64,000 bases of DNA, taken from the NCBI GenBank assembly GCA_944346365.1, contig CALVMN010000004.1, forward strand, positions 3,135-67,134, read 5' to 3'. The translations under genes were made by a program, and so were the position numbers. The notes beneath the pieces were generated by a model. That model did no database searches, was not told the origin of the DNA, and saw nothing but the letters and a program-made list of their open reading frames with translations. Positions 1-6,696 of this stretch are shown one piece after another. The number at the start of each line of letters is the position of its first letter. The first letter of the stretch is position 1. The DNA is from Candidatus Gallimonas merdigallinarum (lineage in GTDB: Bacteria > Bacillota > Clostridia > Christensenellales > Borkfalkiaceae).

Positions 1-519
1 AACGAGCATGAAGAGGGTGGAAAGCCCGAACAGCGCAATGCCCGCGTACACGATCCAGCGCCCGTACGGCAGGGGCGAAGTCGTCCACAGAAGATCGAGG
101 AGCACTCCCGCGATGACCAAAGGAAGCGCCAGCTTGGAGCCGATGTTCGTCACGGGAACAAGCACGTTTCGGATCTTGTAGGGAACGTACCCCGATCGCT
201 TCTGCATGACATGCCCCACTTCATGCGCCGCCACGGCGACCGCCGCCACCGAGGCGCTCCCGTACGAACTCATCGAGAGGTTGACCTGTTTTCTGGTGGG
301 GTGGTAGTGGTCGGTCAGCCGCCCGTCCACGCGGTTGACGGTGATGTCCGTCACGCCGCGGCTGCGCATCAGGCGGGTCGCGGCGTCGTAACCCGTCATG
401 CAGGAACGCGTCGGAACGCGGTCGTATTTTGCGTACGTCGAATTGACGCGCGCGCTCGCCCATGCCGAAAATGCAAGGCAGGGAAGCAATATGAGAAGAA
501 AGAGGAGATAGGAATACAT
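1..519 (-). CDS. YugP-like membrane zinc metallopeptidase (C-terminus runs off the window)
   Basis: Minus-strand frame open to the window edge, so absent from the ORF track. ATG at 517-519, MYSYLLFLLILLPCLAFSAWASARV... HEVGH zinc motif encoded at 211-225, followed by hydrophobic segments. Confidence 0.8.
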   Translation of the reverse strand, partial: MYSYLLFLLILLPCLAFSAWASARVNSTYAKYDRVPTRSCMTGYDAATRLMRSRGVTDITVNRVDGRLTDHYHPTRKQVNLSMSSYGSASVAAVAVAAHEVGHVMQKRSGYVPYKIRNVLVPVTNIGSKLALPLVIAGVLLDLLWTTSPLPYGRWIVYAGIALFGLSTLFMLV

Positions 520-664
520 TGTGACCTCGTTTCATACCGCGCGTGTCCGCGGCGATGTTCTTATCACTATTATACCGCAAACAAGGGCGTTTGTAACATC
601 ATTGCGGTAATTTTCACAAAAGGGGGCGAAATTTGCGGAAAAATTATGCGGCGGTACAAAAGCG

Positions 665-693
665 TTGCCTTTTTTCTGAAAAATTGCTATACT
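665..693 (+). promoter_or_regulatory. Promoter of obg, leaderless-type geometry
   Basis: TTGCCT (665-670), 17-nt spacer, TGc-TATACT (-10 at 688-693). The obg ATG at 700 begins 7 nt after the -10 and has no Shine-Dalgarno. Confidence 0.55.
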
Positions 694-699
694 TTGGCT

Positions 700-1974
700 A
701 TGGATAACAAGGTGTTTACCGATAAAGTCAAAATCACCGTAAAGGCGGGCGACGGCGGCGACGGAATGAATTCCTTCAAAGCGTATAAGGGAAAACCCGC
801 CTGCGGACCTGACGGCGGCGACGGCGGCGACGGCGGTTCCGTCTGTATCGCGGCGGACGAGAACGTACACGATCTTCTGGCGTTCCGCTATACGAGCAAA
901 TATTTTGCGGGGAACGGCGAGCGCGGCGGCACGAACAAGTGCTTCGGCAAGCGCGGAGAGGACGTTCTCATCAAAGTGCCGTGCGGCACGCTCGTGCGCG
1001 ACGCCGAGAGCGGAAAAATCATCTGCGACGTGTACGACCACGGCGAAAAGATCTGCCTTTTGGAGGGCGGAAGAGGGGGCAAGGGCAACGTGCGTTTCAC
1101 GACTGCCCGCCGCCACGCGCCTAACTTTGCGCAGAAGGGCGCAAAGACGCTGCCGCACACGCTGATTCTGGAAATGAAAGTCATCGCGGACGTTGGGCTG
1201 GTTGGGTTCCCCAACGTGGGGAAGAGCACGCTCCTTTCCAAAATCTCCGCGGCGAAGCCCAAGATCGCGGACTATCACTTCACGACCCTCTCCCCCAATC
1301 TGGGCGTGGTACAGTATTACGAAAACTCCTTCGTCGTTGCGGATATTCCCGGACTGATCGAGGGCGCGGCGCAGGGCGCGGGGCTGGGGCATGACTTTTT
1401 GCGTCATATCGAGCGCACGCGCATGATCTGCCATGTGCTCGACATCGCGGGCACGGAGGGGCGCGACCCGCTCGAAGATTACGAGAAGATCAACACGGAG
1501 CTGAGAGCCTATTCGGAAAAGCTCGCCGCGCTGCCGCAGATCGTCGTTGCAAACAAGTGCGACTGCGCGGGCGCGGAAGAACAGCTTGCGCGCTTTCAAA
1601 AGGCGTATCCCGACGCGCGCGTGCTTGCCGTAACAGCGCTCAACGGAGAGGGTACGAAGGCGCTGCTCGACGCGGTCTGGTCACTTCTGGAAACGCTTCC
1701 GCCCGCGGAAAAGATTCCTTCCGACGAGTTCGCATTTGAAGAAGCGGATAACAATCAGTTTGAGATCTTCAAAGACGAAAACGGCGCGTTCGTCGTGGTG
1801 GGCGGGCTTGTGGATATGCTCTGCCGCAACGTCGTGCTCTCCAATCCCGATTCGATGGCGTATTTCCAGCGCACGCTCAAAAACAGGGGCGTGTTCAAGG
1901 CGCTTGAAAAGGCGGGCTGCGCGGCGGGCGATACCGTCGTCGTGGGAGAAGTGGAATTTGACTATATCGTATAA
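700..1974 (+). CDS. obg: GTPase Obg/CgtA
   Basis: MDNKVFTDKVKITVKAGDGGDGM... Gly-rich Obg fold, GFPNVGKST and DIPGLIEGA G-motifs, C-terminal OCT-like domain. The upstream part of ORF 211..1974 is antisense to the peptidase gene and is not used. Confidence 0.95.
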   Translation: MDNKVFTDKVKITVKAGDGGDGMNSFKAYKGKPACGPDGGDGGDGGSVCIAADENVHDLLAFRYTSKYFAGNGERGGTNKCFGKRGEDVLIKVPCGTLVRDAESGKIICDVYDHGEKICLLEGGRGGKGNVRFTTARRHAPNFAQKGAKTLPHTLILEMKVIADVGLVGFPNVGKSTLLSKISAAKPKIADYHFTTLSPNLGVVQYYENSFVVADIPGLIEGAAQGAGLGHDFLRHIERTRMICHVLDIAGTEGRDPLEDYEKINTELRAYSEKLAALPQIVVANKCDCAGAEEQLARFQKAYPDARVLAVTALNGEGTKALLDAVWSLLETLPPAEKIPSDEFAFEEADNNQFEIFKDENGAFVVVGGLVDMLCRNVVLSNPDSMAYFQRTLKNRGVFKALEKAGCAAGDTVVVGEVEFDYIV

Positions 1975-1989
1975 TTTACGGGAGATAAT

Positions 1990-2280
1990 ATGACAAGCAA
2001 ACAGAGAAGCAAATTAAAATCCATCGCGGCGAATCTTTCGCCCATCACGCAGATCGGCAAGGGCGGCATTACGGAGAACCTTCTGAATACGCTCTCCGAG
2101 GCGCTCGAAGCCCGCGAGATCATCAAGGTCAACGTTCTGCAAAACGCCGAAGCGGACGCGGATACGATCGCGCAGAACGTGGCGGAACTTCTGGGCGCGG
2201 AAGTCGTGTACGTCATCGGCAGAAAGGCGGTGTTCTACCGCCGCTCTTCGCGCAAAGACTTCGAGCATATTGAACTGTAA
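1990..2280 (+). CDS. yhbY: YhbY/CRS1-type RNA-binding ribosome assembly protein
   Basis: 96 aa with QIGKGGITENLL...IKVNVLQN pattern typical of YhbY. SD GGGAGA upstream. Follows obg. Confidence 0.85.
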   Translation: MTSKQRSKLKSIAANLSPITQIGKGGITENLLNTLSEALEAREIIKVNVLQNAEADADTIAQNVAELLGAEVVYVIGRKAVFYRRSSRKDFEHIEL

Positions 2281-2440
2281 CTGCAAGGCGTCGCGCGTTC
2301 TCGGCGGGCGGCAAATGCGGCGTGTGTCGCCGCGCGCACGGGCGGGACGGCGTATGGGGCGCGTTGTGCCGCGCGCACTGCGGCGTGCCGAAGTTTTTGG
2401 AACGGATCAATAGGTTACGCGAAAATCATAATGTAATTGC

Positions 2441-2475
2441 GCGGCGGCGGGCAAATGCCCGCCGCCGCGTTTTTG
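2441..2475 (+). terminator. Rho-independent terminator
   Basis: GCGGCGGCGGGC-AAAT-GCCCGCCGCCGC hairpin followed by GTTTTTGTG. Confidence 0.7.
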
Positions 2476-2483
2476 TGCTCCGA

Positions 2484-3713
2484 TTAAAAATTTGATTCGA
2501 GTTCAGAAACTTTTTCCTGAAACTGCCGCAAACCGTCGTCGATCCGTTCTTTCAGAATGTCCAGCTCTTCTCCGCGGTCCTCCTCATCAATGAGGGGAAT
2601 GGTGAATAGCGTACAATATTTATCGGAAGAAGGATTTTGATTGAGACAGATGTTCGCAACTGCAAGCTGTTTTGCAGACCACGTTTCGTCGGACGCCTTT
2701 TCCATAAAGGCTAGCGCGGAAATTGCTCCGTTCACGGCTGTGACCCGATATAATAATTGATAGCCGATGCGTTTATTTTTCAGTTCACCGAAGAACTGTT
2801 GCACGTTTTCCGTATAAAAATCTGTATGCAGAGCGGCGTTGGACGTAATCGTGATTTTTTTGAGTTTGTTTTTCAGCCATGTTGTTGCGTACTCGATAAC
2901 GGCTTCGGCGTTATCGGTATAAGCAAGCAGGAGTCCGATCGCATCGGCGTGTTCTCTGCGAATTCGTTTGCAAAGTGCGCGTAATTCTTTATTGCCTTTG
3001 AGTATGTTGGTATCTACCATGTCGATGTAATCCTCCAAAAGAAATTTTAATCTTGCCGATTGTTTGTTGTTCGGAATTTTTTTCGCAATATCGCGGACAA
3101 TGCGAAGAATGGTTGCATAGGAGAAAACGCACCAATTATCGCGGTACTCTTCAAAATCGTAGGGCGCGTCGCCGAGCGGGGTCAGATAAACGTAAATTTT
3201 TCGCCAATCCGATCGGTCGGAAAGCTCTTCTTCATACCGTGCGAGCTGATTGTTATGCGTTGTGGTGAAAACTTTATTTTCAATGACAAGCACCGTCTTT
3301 GTCGACGGCGATTCAATGAAAATATCGATTCGGCTTTCTTTGTTGTGTACGACTTTTTCCGTCACAACGGAAATGTCTTCCGCGTGGAGAAAGTCAGCAA
3401 GATCGGAAACGGTATTGATATGCTGTTCGGATAAGATCGTTCGGTTTGATTGATATGTATCCGCCGCTTCGTCGGGTGCGCGATGTGAGATGAGTTGTTC
3501 TAAAAATTTTTGCAAAAACATTGTTTGTAAGGCGTGTGCTTTGATCGGGTCGAACAGCCATGCCAAAAAAGCCGAGTGTTTTATCTCCTGCGTGCGCATT
3601 CCGACGGCGTCAAACAAATTGATCTCTTCGGATTGCCTGCTTTCAATTTCTTTCAAATGATCGCTGAGGGCAATCAACGCCTGCTTTGCCTGTTCAAGTT
3701 GGTTATTTTCCAT
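2484..3713 (-). CDS. PD-(D/E)xK nuclease superfamily protein with unassigned C-terminal half
   Basis: Start MENNQLEQ at 3713 with GAGGG SD 6 nt upstream. Motifs EIKHSAFLAWLFDP, RIDIFIES, VLVIENKV and QLARY fit the E...D...ExK nuclease core. AT-richer than its neighbours. Confidence 0.7.
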   Translation of the reverse strand: MENNQLEQAKQALIALSDHLKEIESRQSEEINLFDAVGMRTQEIKHSAFLAWLFDPIKAHALQTMFLQKFLEQLISHRAPDEAADTYQSNRTILSEQHINTVSDLADFLHAEDISVVTEKVVHNKESRIDIFIESPSTKTVLVIENKVFTTTHNNQLARYEEELSDRSDWRKIYVYLTPLGDAPYDFEEYRDNWCVFSYATILRIVRDIAKKIPNNKQSARLKFLLEDYIDMVDTNILKGNKELRALCKRIRREHADAIGLLLAYTDNAEAVIEYATTWLKNKLKKITITSNAALHTDFYTENVQQFFGELKNKRIGYQLLYRVTAVNGAISALAFMEKASDETWSAKQLAVANICLNQNPSSDKYCTLFTIPLIDEEDRGEELDILKERIDDGLRQFQEKVSELESNF

Positions 3714-3723
3714 ATTTCCCTCT

Positions 3724-4180
3724 TTATAATGCTGCGATTGTAACATAGTAGTTAAAATAATCAATCGATCTGTATCCTTCCAGATCGACAACCCCTTCGA
3801 CTACGAACGGCACCCATTCGCCTTTTTCTCCTTCGATCGTAATGGACGGAAAGTTTCCGCCTGCGCTCGTACCGTTTTCAAGCCTTGGCGAAAAACTGAT
3901 TTCCGCTCTCCAAGGACCGTCCACGTCTGTCGTAAATTCAGCTTTGTACGTTGTTTTAAAGAGCCAGCGTTCAGGTTGATCGTAATAAAAGTCTTGGTTG
4001 ATACAGTCGCCGTAGGATATTGTTCCGTTTCGTCTGCTGTAAGTATATTCTTGTTTTTGAGAATTCATCATCATAAAAAAAAACGACGCAAAAAGAAATG
4101 ATAAAAACGGCAATGCAGGCGATTCCCCAAATGATTTTCTGTTTGTTTGTCATATTGTTGAATTGGCTGCTTTCTCTCAT
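3724..4180 (-). pseudogene. Small membrane-anchored protein split by a T9 homopolymer (frames 4180->~4084 and ~4083->3724)
   Basis: ORF 3971..4180 supplies the start (SD AAGGAA) and TM anchor MTNKQKIIWGIACIAVFIISFCVVFF. ORF 3724..4113 supplies the soluble part MMMNSQKQEYTY... The frames meet at the A9/T9 run 4075-4083, and loss of one T would fuse them. Confidence 0.55.
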
Positions 4181-4211
4181 GATCGATTTCCTTTTGTAAA
4201 TGCGTTATTTT

Positions 4212-4256
4212 TAGCCCCAAGGGGCTATTTTCCATAATTATACTCCCATGGGGCTA
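4212..4256. promoter_or_regulatory. Two inverted-repeat operators, probable XRE binding sites
   Basis: O1 is TAGCCCC-AA-GGGGCTA (4212-4227). O2 is TACTCCC-AT-GGGGCTA (4241-4256). Centres are about 29 bp apart, in the divergent intergenic region. Confidence 0.6.
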
Positions 4257-4266
4257 AAAATGTCAA
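4237..4266 (-). promoter_or_regulatory. Near-consensus promoter of the membrane-protein/nuclease operon
   Basis: On the minus strand: TTGACA (4266-4261), 18-nt spacer, TATAAT (4242-4237). O2 lies in the spacer and O1 just downstream of the predicted start site. Confidence 0.6.
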
Positions 4267-4283
4267 TGCAAGGGAGGTGCCAT

Positions 4284-4493
4284 ATGCAAATAATTTTTGC
4301 AGAACGGTTGCGGGAGCTGATGAAAGAGCAGGGACTGAATCAGGTGAAACTTGCCGAGCGCGTCGGGGTAAAGCAGAATACCGTCAGCGCATGGCTGTTA
4401 AAAAAGAAAGAGCCGAGTCTGACAAGTTTGTGGCTCGTTGCAGATTATTCCGGCGTTGAGACGGACTATCTGATCGGAAGAAAGAGCGATTGA
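4284..4493 (+). CDS. XRE-family HTH transcriptional regulator
   Basis: MQIIFAERLRELMKEQGLNQVKLAERVGVKQNTVSAWLLKKKEPS... is a classic Cro/C1 HTH. GGGAGG SD 6 nt before the ATG at 4284. Confidence 0.85.
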   Translation: MQIIFAERLRELMKEQGLNQVKLAERVGVKQNTVSAWLLKKKEPSLTSLWLVADYSGVETDYLIGRKSD

Positions 4494-4546
4494 GCGTTTC
4501 TGCTTGATGCCGATGCAATTCCCAACGAAAAAATTTATACAACCTC

Positions 4547-4575
4547 TTGTCTTTTTCAGAAAAATATGGTAGAAT
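4547..4575 (+). promoter_or_regulatory. Promoter of the NifU-like/GGGtGRT operon
   Basis: TTGTCT (4547-4552), 17 nt, TGg-TAGAAT (-10 at 4570-4575). A small hairpin TTCCCGTACGGGAA plus T-rich tract (4588-4620) lies in the leader. Confidence 0.5.
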
Positions 4576-4635
4576 AATTTGGAACGGTTCCCGTACGGGA
4601 AAAGTGTTTTTAAAGTTTTTTATGGAGGATACAAG

Positions 4636-5337
4636 ATGCAATATTCACGCGAAGTGGAAGAGATGATCTGTGTCGCGAAGGGACCCAAACACGATCCCGC
4701 TCCCATTCCCGAAGAGGGCAAGTGGGTATGCGCAAAGCAGATCACGGACATCAGCGGTTTTACGCACGGCGTGGGTTGGTGCGCACCGCAGCAGGGCGCC
4801 TGCAAGCTGACGCTCAACGTCAAGGAAGGCGTCATTCAGGAGGCGCTCGTCGAGACGATCGGCTGCTCGGGTATGACGCACTCGGCTGCTATGGCGGCGG
4901 AGATCCTGCCCCACAAGACGATTTTGGAGGCGCTCAACACCGACCTCGTTTGCGACGCCATCAACACCGCAATGCGCGAGCTGTTCCTGCAGATCGTATA
5001 CGGCAGAACGCAGTCGGCGTTCTCGGACGACGGTCTCACCGTCGGCGCAGGGTTGGAGGACCTCGGCAAGGGGCTTCGCTCGCAGGTCGGTACCATGTAC
5101 GGTACGGCTTTGAAGGGCGTGAGATACCTCGAAATGGCGGAAGGCTACGTCACCCGCCTCGCGTTGGATAAGGATAATCAGGTCATCGGTTACGAGTTCG
5201 TATCCCTTGGCAAAATGACCGACTTCATCAAGAAGGGGCTTGAACCCAACGAAGCATGGACGAAGGCAATGGGTCATTACGGAAGATTTTCCGAAGAGCA
5301 GGGTGCGGTGAAGTACATCGACCCCCGCAAAGAGTAA
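4636..5337 (+). CDS. NifU/IscU-N-like scaffold-domain protein
   Basis: Start MQYSREVEE after the GGAGGA SD. GACKLTLNVKEGVIQEALVETIGCSGMTHSAAMAAEILPHKTILEAL resembles the IscU core. Confidence 0.7.
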   Translation: MQYSREVEEMICVAKGPKHDPAPIPEEGKWVCAKQITDISGFTHGVGWCAPQQGACKLTLNVKEGVIQEALVETIGCSGMTHSAAMAAEILPHKTILEALNTDLVCDAINTAMRELFLQIVYGRTQSAFSDDGLTVGAGLEDLGKGLRSQVGTMYGTALKGVRYLEMAEGYVTRLALDKDNQVIGYEFVSLGKMTDFIKKGLEPNEAWTKAMGHYGRFSEEQGAVKYIDPRKE

Positions 5338-5350
5338 GGAGGTGAGCGGT

Positions 5351-6352
5351 ATGGCTTTGTTTGAAGGTTATGAAAGAAGAATAGACAAGATCAACGGCGT
5401 ACTCAAACAGTACGGCATCTCCTCCATCGAAGAATGCAAAGATATCTGCCTTTCCAAGGGCGTCGATTGCGATAAGCTCGTGCGCGGCACGCAGCCCATC
5501 TGCTTCGAGAACGCGGTCTGGGCGTACACCGTCGGCGCGGCGATCGCCATCAAGTCCGGCTGCAAGAAGGCGGCGGACGCGGCGGCTGCGATCGGGATCG
5601 GCTTGCAGTCCTTCTGCATCCCCGGGTCGGTCGCGGAAAACCGCAAGGTCGGTCTCGGCCACGGCAATCTTGGCAAAATGCTCCTTTCCGAGGAGACGGA
5701 TTGCTTCTGTTTCCTCGCAGGTCACGAGTCCTTCGCGGCGGCTGAGGGTGCGATCTCCATTGCAATGAACGCGAACAAGGTCCGCAAAAAGCCCCTGCGC
5801 GTTATCCTGAACGGTCTCGGCAAGGACGCGGCGTTCATCATCTCCCGCATCAACGGGTTCACCTACTGCGAGACGGTGTTCGATCCCTATACGGAGACGG
5901 TCACGGTCACGAAGGAAGTTGCGTATTCGGACGGTCCCCGCGCCAAGGTCAAGTGCTACGGCGTGGATAACGTTCCCGAAGGCGTTGCGGTCATGAAGCT
6001 CGAAAAGGTCGGCGTGTCCATCACGGGCAACTCTACCAACCCCACGCGCTTCCAGCACCCCGTTGCGGGCACGTACAAGAAGTGGTGCGTCGAGAACGGC
6101 GTGCAGTACTTCTCGGTCGCGTCCGGCGGCGGTACGGGCAGAACGCTCCACCCCGACAACATGGCGGCTGGTCCTTCCTCGTACGGCATGACGGATACGA
6201 TGGGCAGAATGCACTCCGACGCGCAGTTCGCAGGTTCGTCCTCCGTTCCCGCGCACGTCGAGATGATGGGGCTCATCGGTATGGGCAACAACCCCATGGT
6301 CGGCGCAACGGTCGCGGTTGCGGTCGCGGTGCAGGAAGGCATGAGCAAATAA
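5351..6352 (+). CDS. GGGtGRT family protein (function unknown)
   Basis: Contains ASGGGTGRTLHPDNMAAGPSSYGMTD, the family-defining motif. AAGGAGG SD precedes the ATG at 5351. Confidence 0.85.
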   Translation: MALFEGYERRIDKINGVLKQYGISSIEECKDICLSKGVDCDKLVRGTQPICFENAVWAYTVGAAIAIKSGCKKAADAAAAIGIGLQSFCIPGSVAENRKVGLGHGNLGKMLLSEETDCFCFLAGHESFAAAEGAISIAMNANKVRKKPLRVILNGLGKDAAFIISRINGFTYCETVFDPYTETVTVTKEVAYSDGPRAKVKCYGVDNVPEGVAVMKLEKVGVSITGNSTNPTRFQHPVAGTYKKWCVENGVQYFSVASGGGTGRTLHPDNMAAGPSSYGMTDTMGRMHSDAQFAGSSSVPAHVEMMGLIGMGNNPMVGATVAVAVAVQEGMSK

Positions 6353-6364
6353 ATCCTGACAAGT

Positions 6365-6398
6365 AAAAATCGGCGGAATTTTTCCGCCGATTTTTTTA
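6365..6398 (+). terminator. Rho-independent terminator
   Basis: AAAAATCGGCGGA-ATTTT-TCCGCCGATTTTTTT. Confidence 0.85.
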
Positions 6399-6654
6399 TG
6401 CTTTTTTCGGCTTTGCTTTCGCCTCGATGTGCGGTATGATATGGTTTTTGTTGACGCCTCCCTGACGGAAATGTTTATATTTCGATAAAATTCAAAATAT
6501 AAAAAAGGGCGGGGAATGGCTCGTATGGAGCGAAAAGATGCGAAAAGGGGCGTTTTTGTGCGTTCTGAACGGTTTGAAAGGGGATAAAAAGGGCGAAAAC
6601 TGTCTGTATTTTTATATATTTAGATAAATATCGAAATAAATATGATAAAGAAGT

Positions 6655-6679
6655 CGCGCCGCTCTGCAAGAGCGGCGCG
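6655..6679. terminator. GC-rich hairpin, probable terminator of the convergent flavoenzyme gene
   Basis: CGCGCCGCTC-TGCAA-GAGCGGCGCG, a 10-bp stem. T-rich sequence follows on both strands. Confidence 0.5.
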
Positions 6680-6696
6680 GCGTGCTGTTTTATAAT

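Noticed and set aside
211-699. N-terminal 163 codons of ORF 211..1974, and minus-strand ORFs 221..580 and 532..1599
   Set aside because: The region 1-519 is better explained by the minus-strand HExxH peptidase frame. Obg alignment logic places the start at MDNKVF (700), and the other ORFs are shadow frames.
3724-4180. Alternative reading as two genuine overlapping small genes (3971..4180 and 3724..4113)
   Set aside because: The second ORF lacks an SD and begins inside the hydrophobic segment. The frames meet exactly at a T9 tract, so a single interrupted gene is more parsimonious. This is not excluded without read data.
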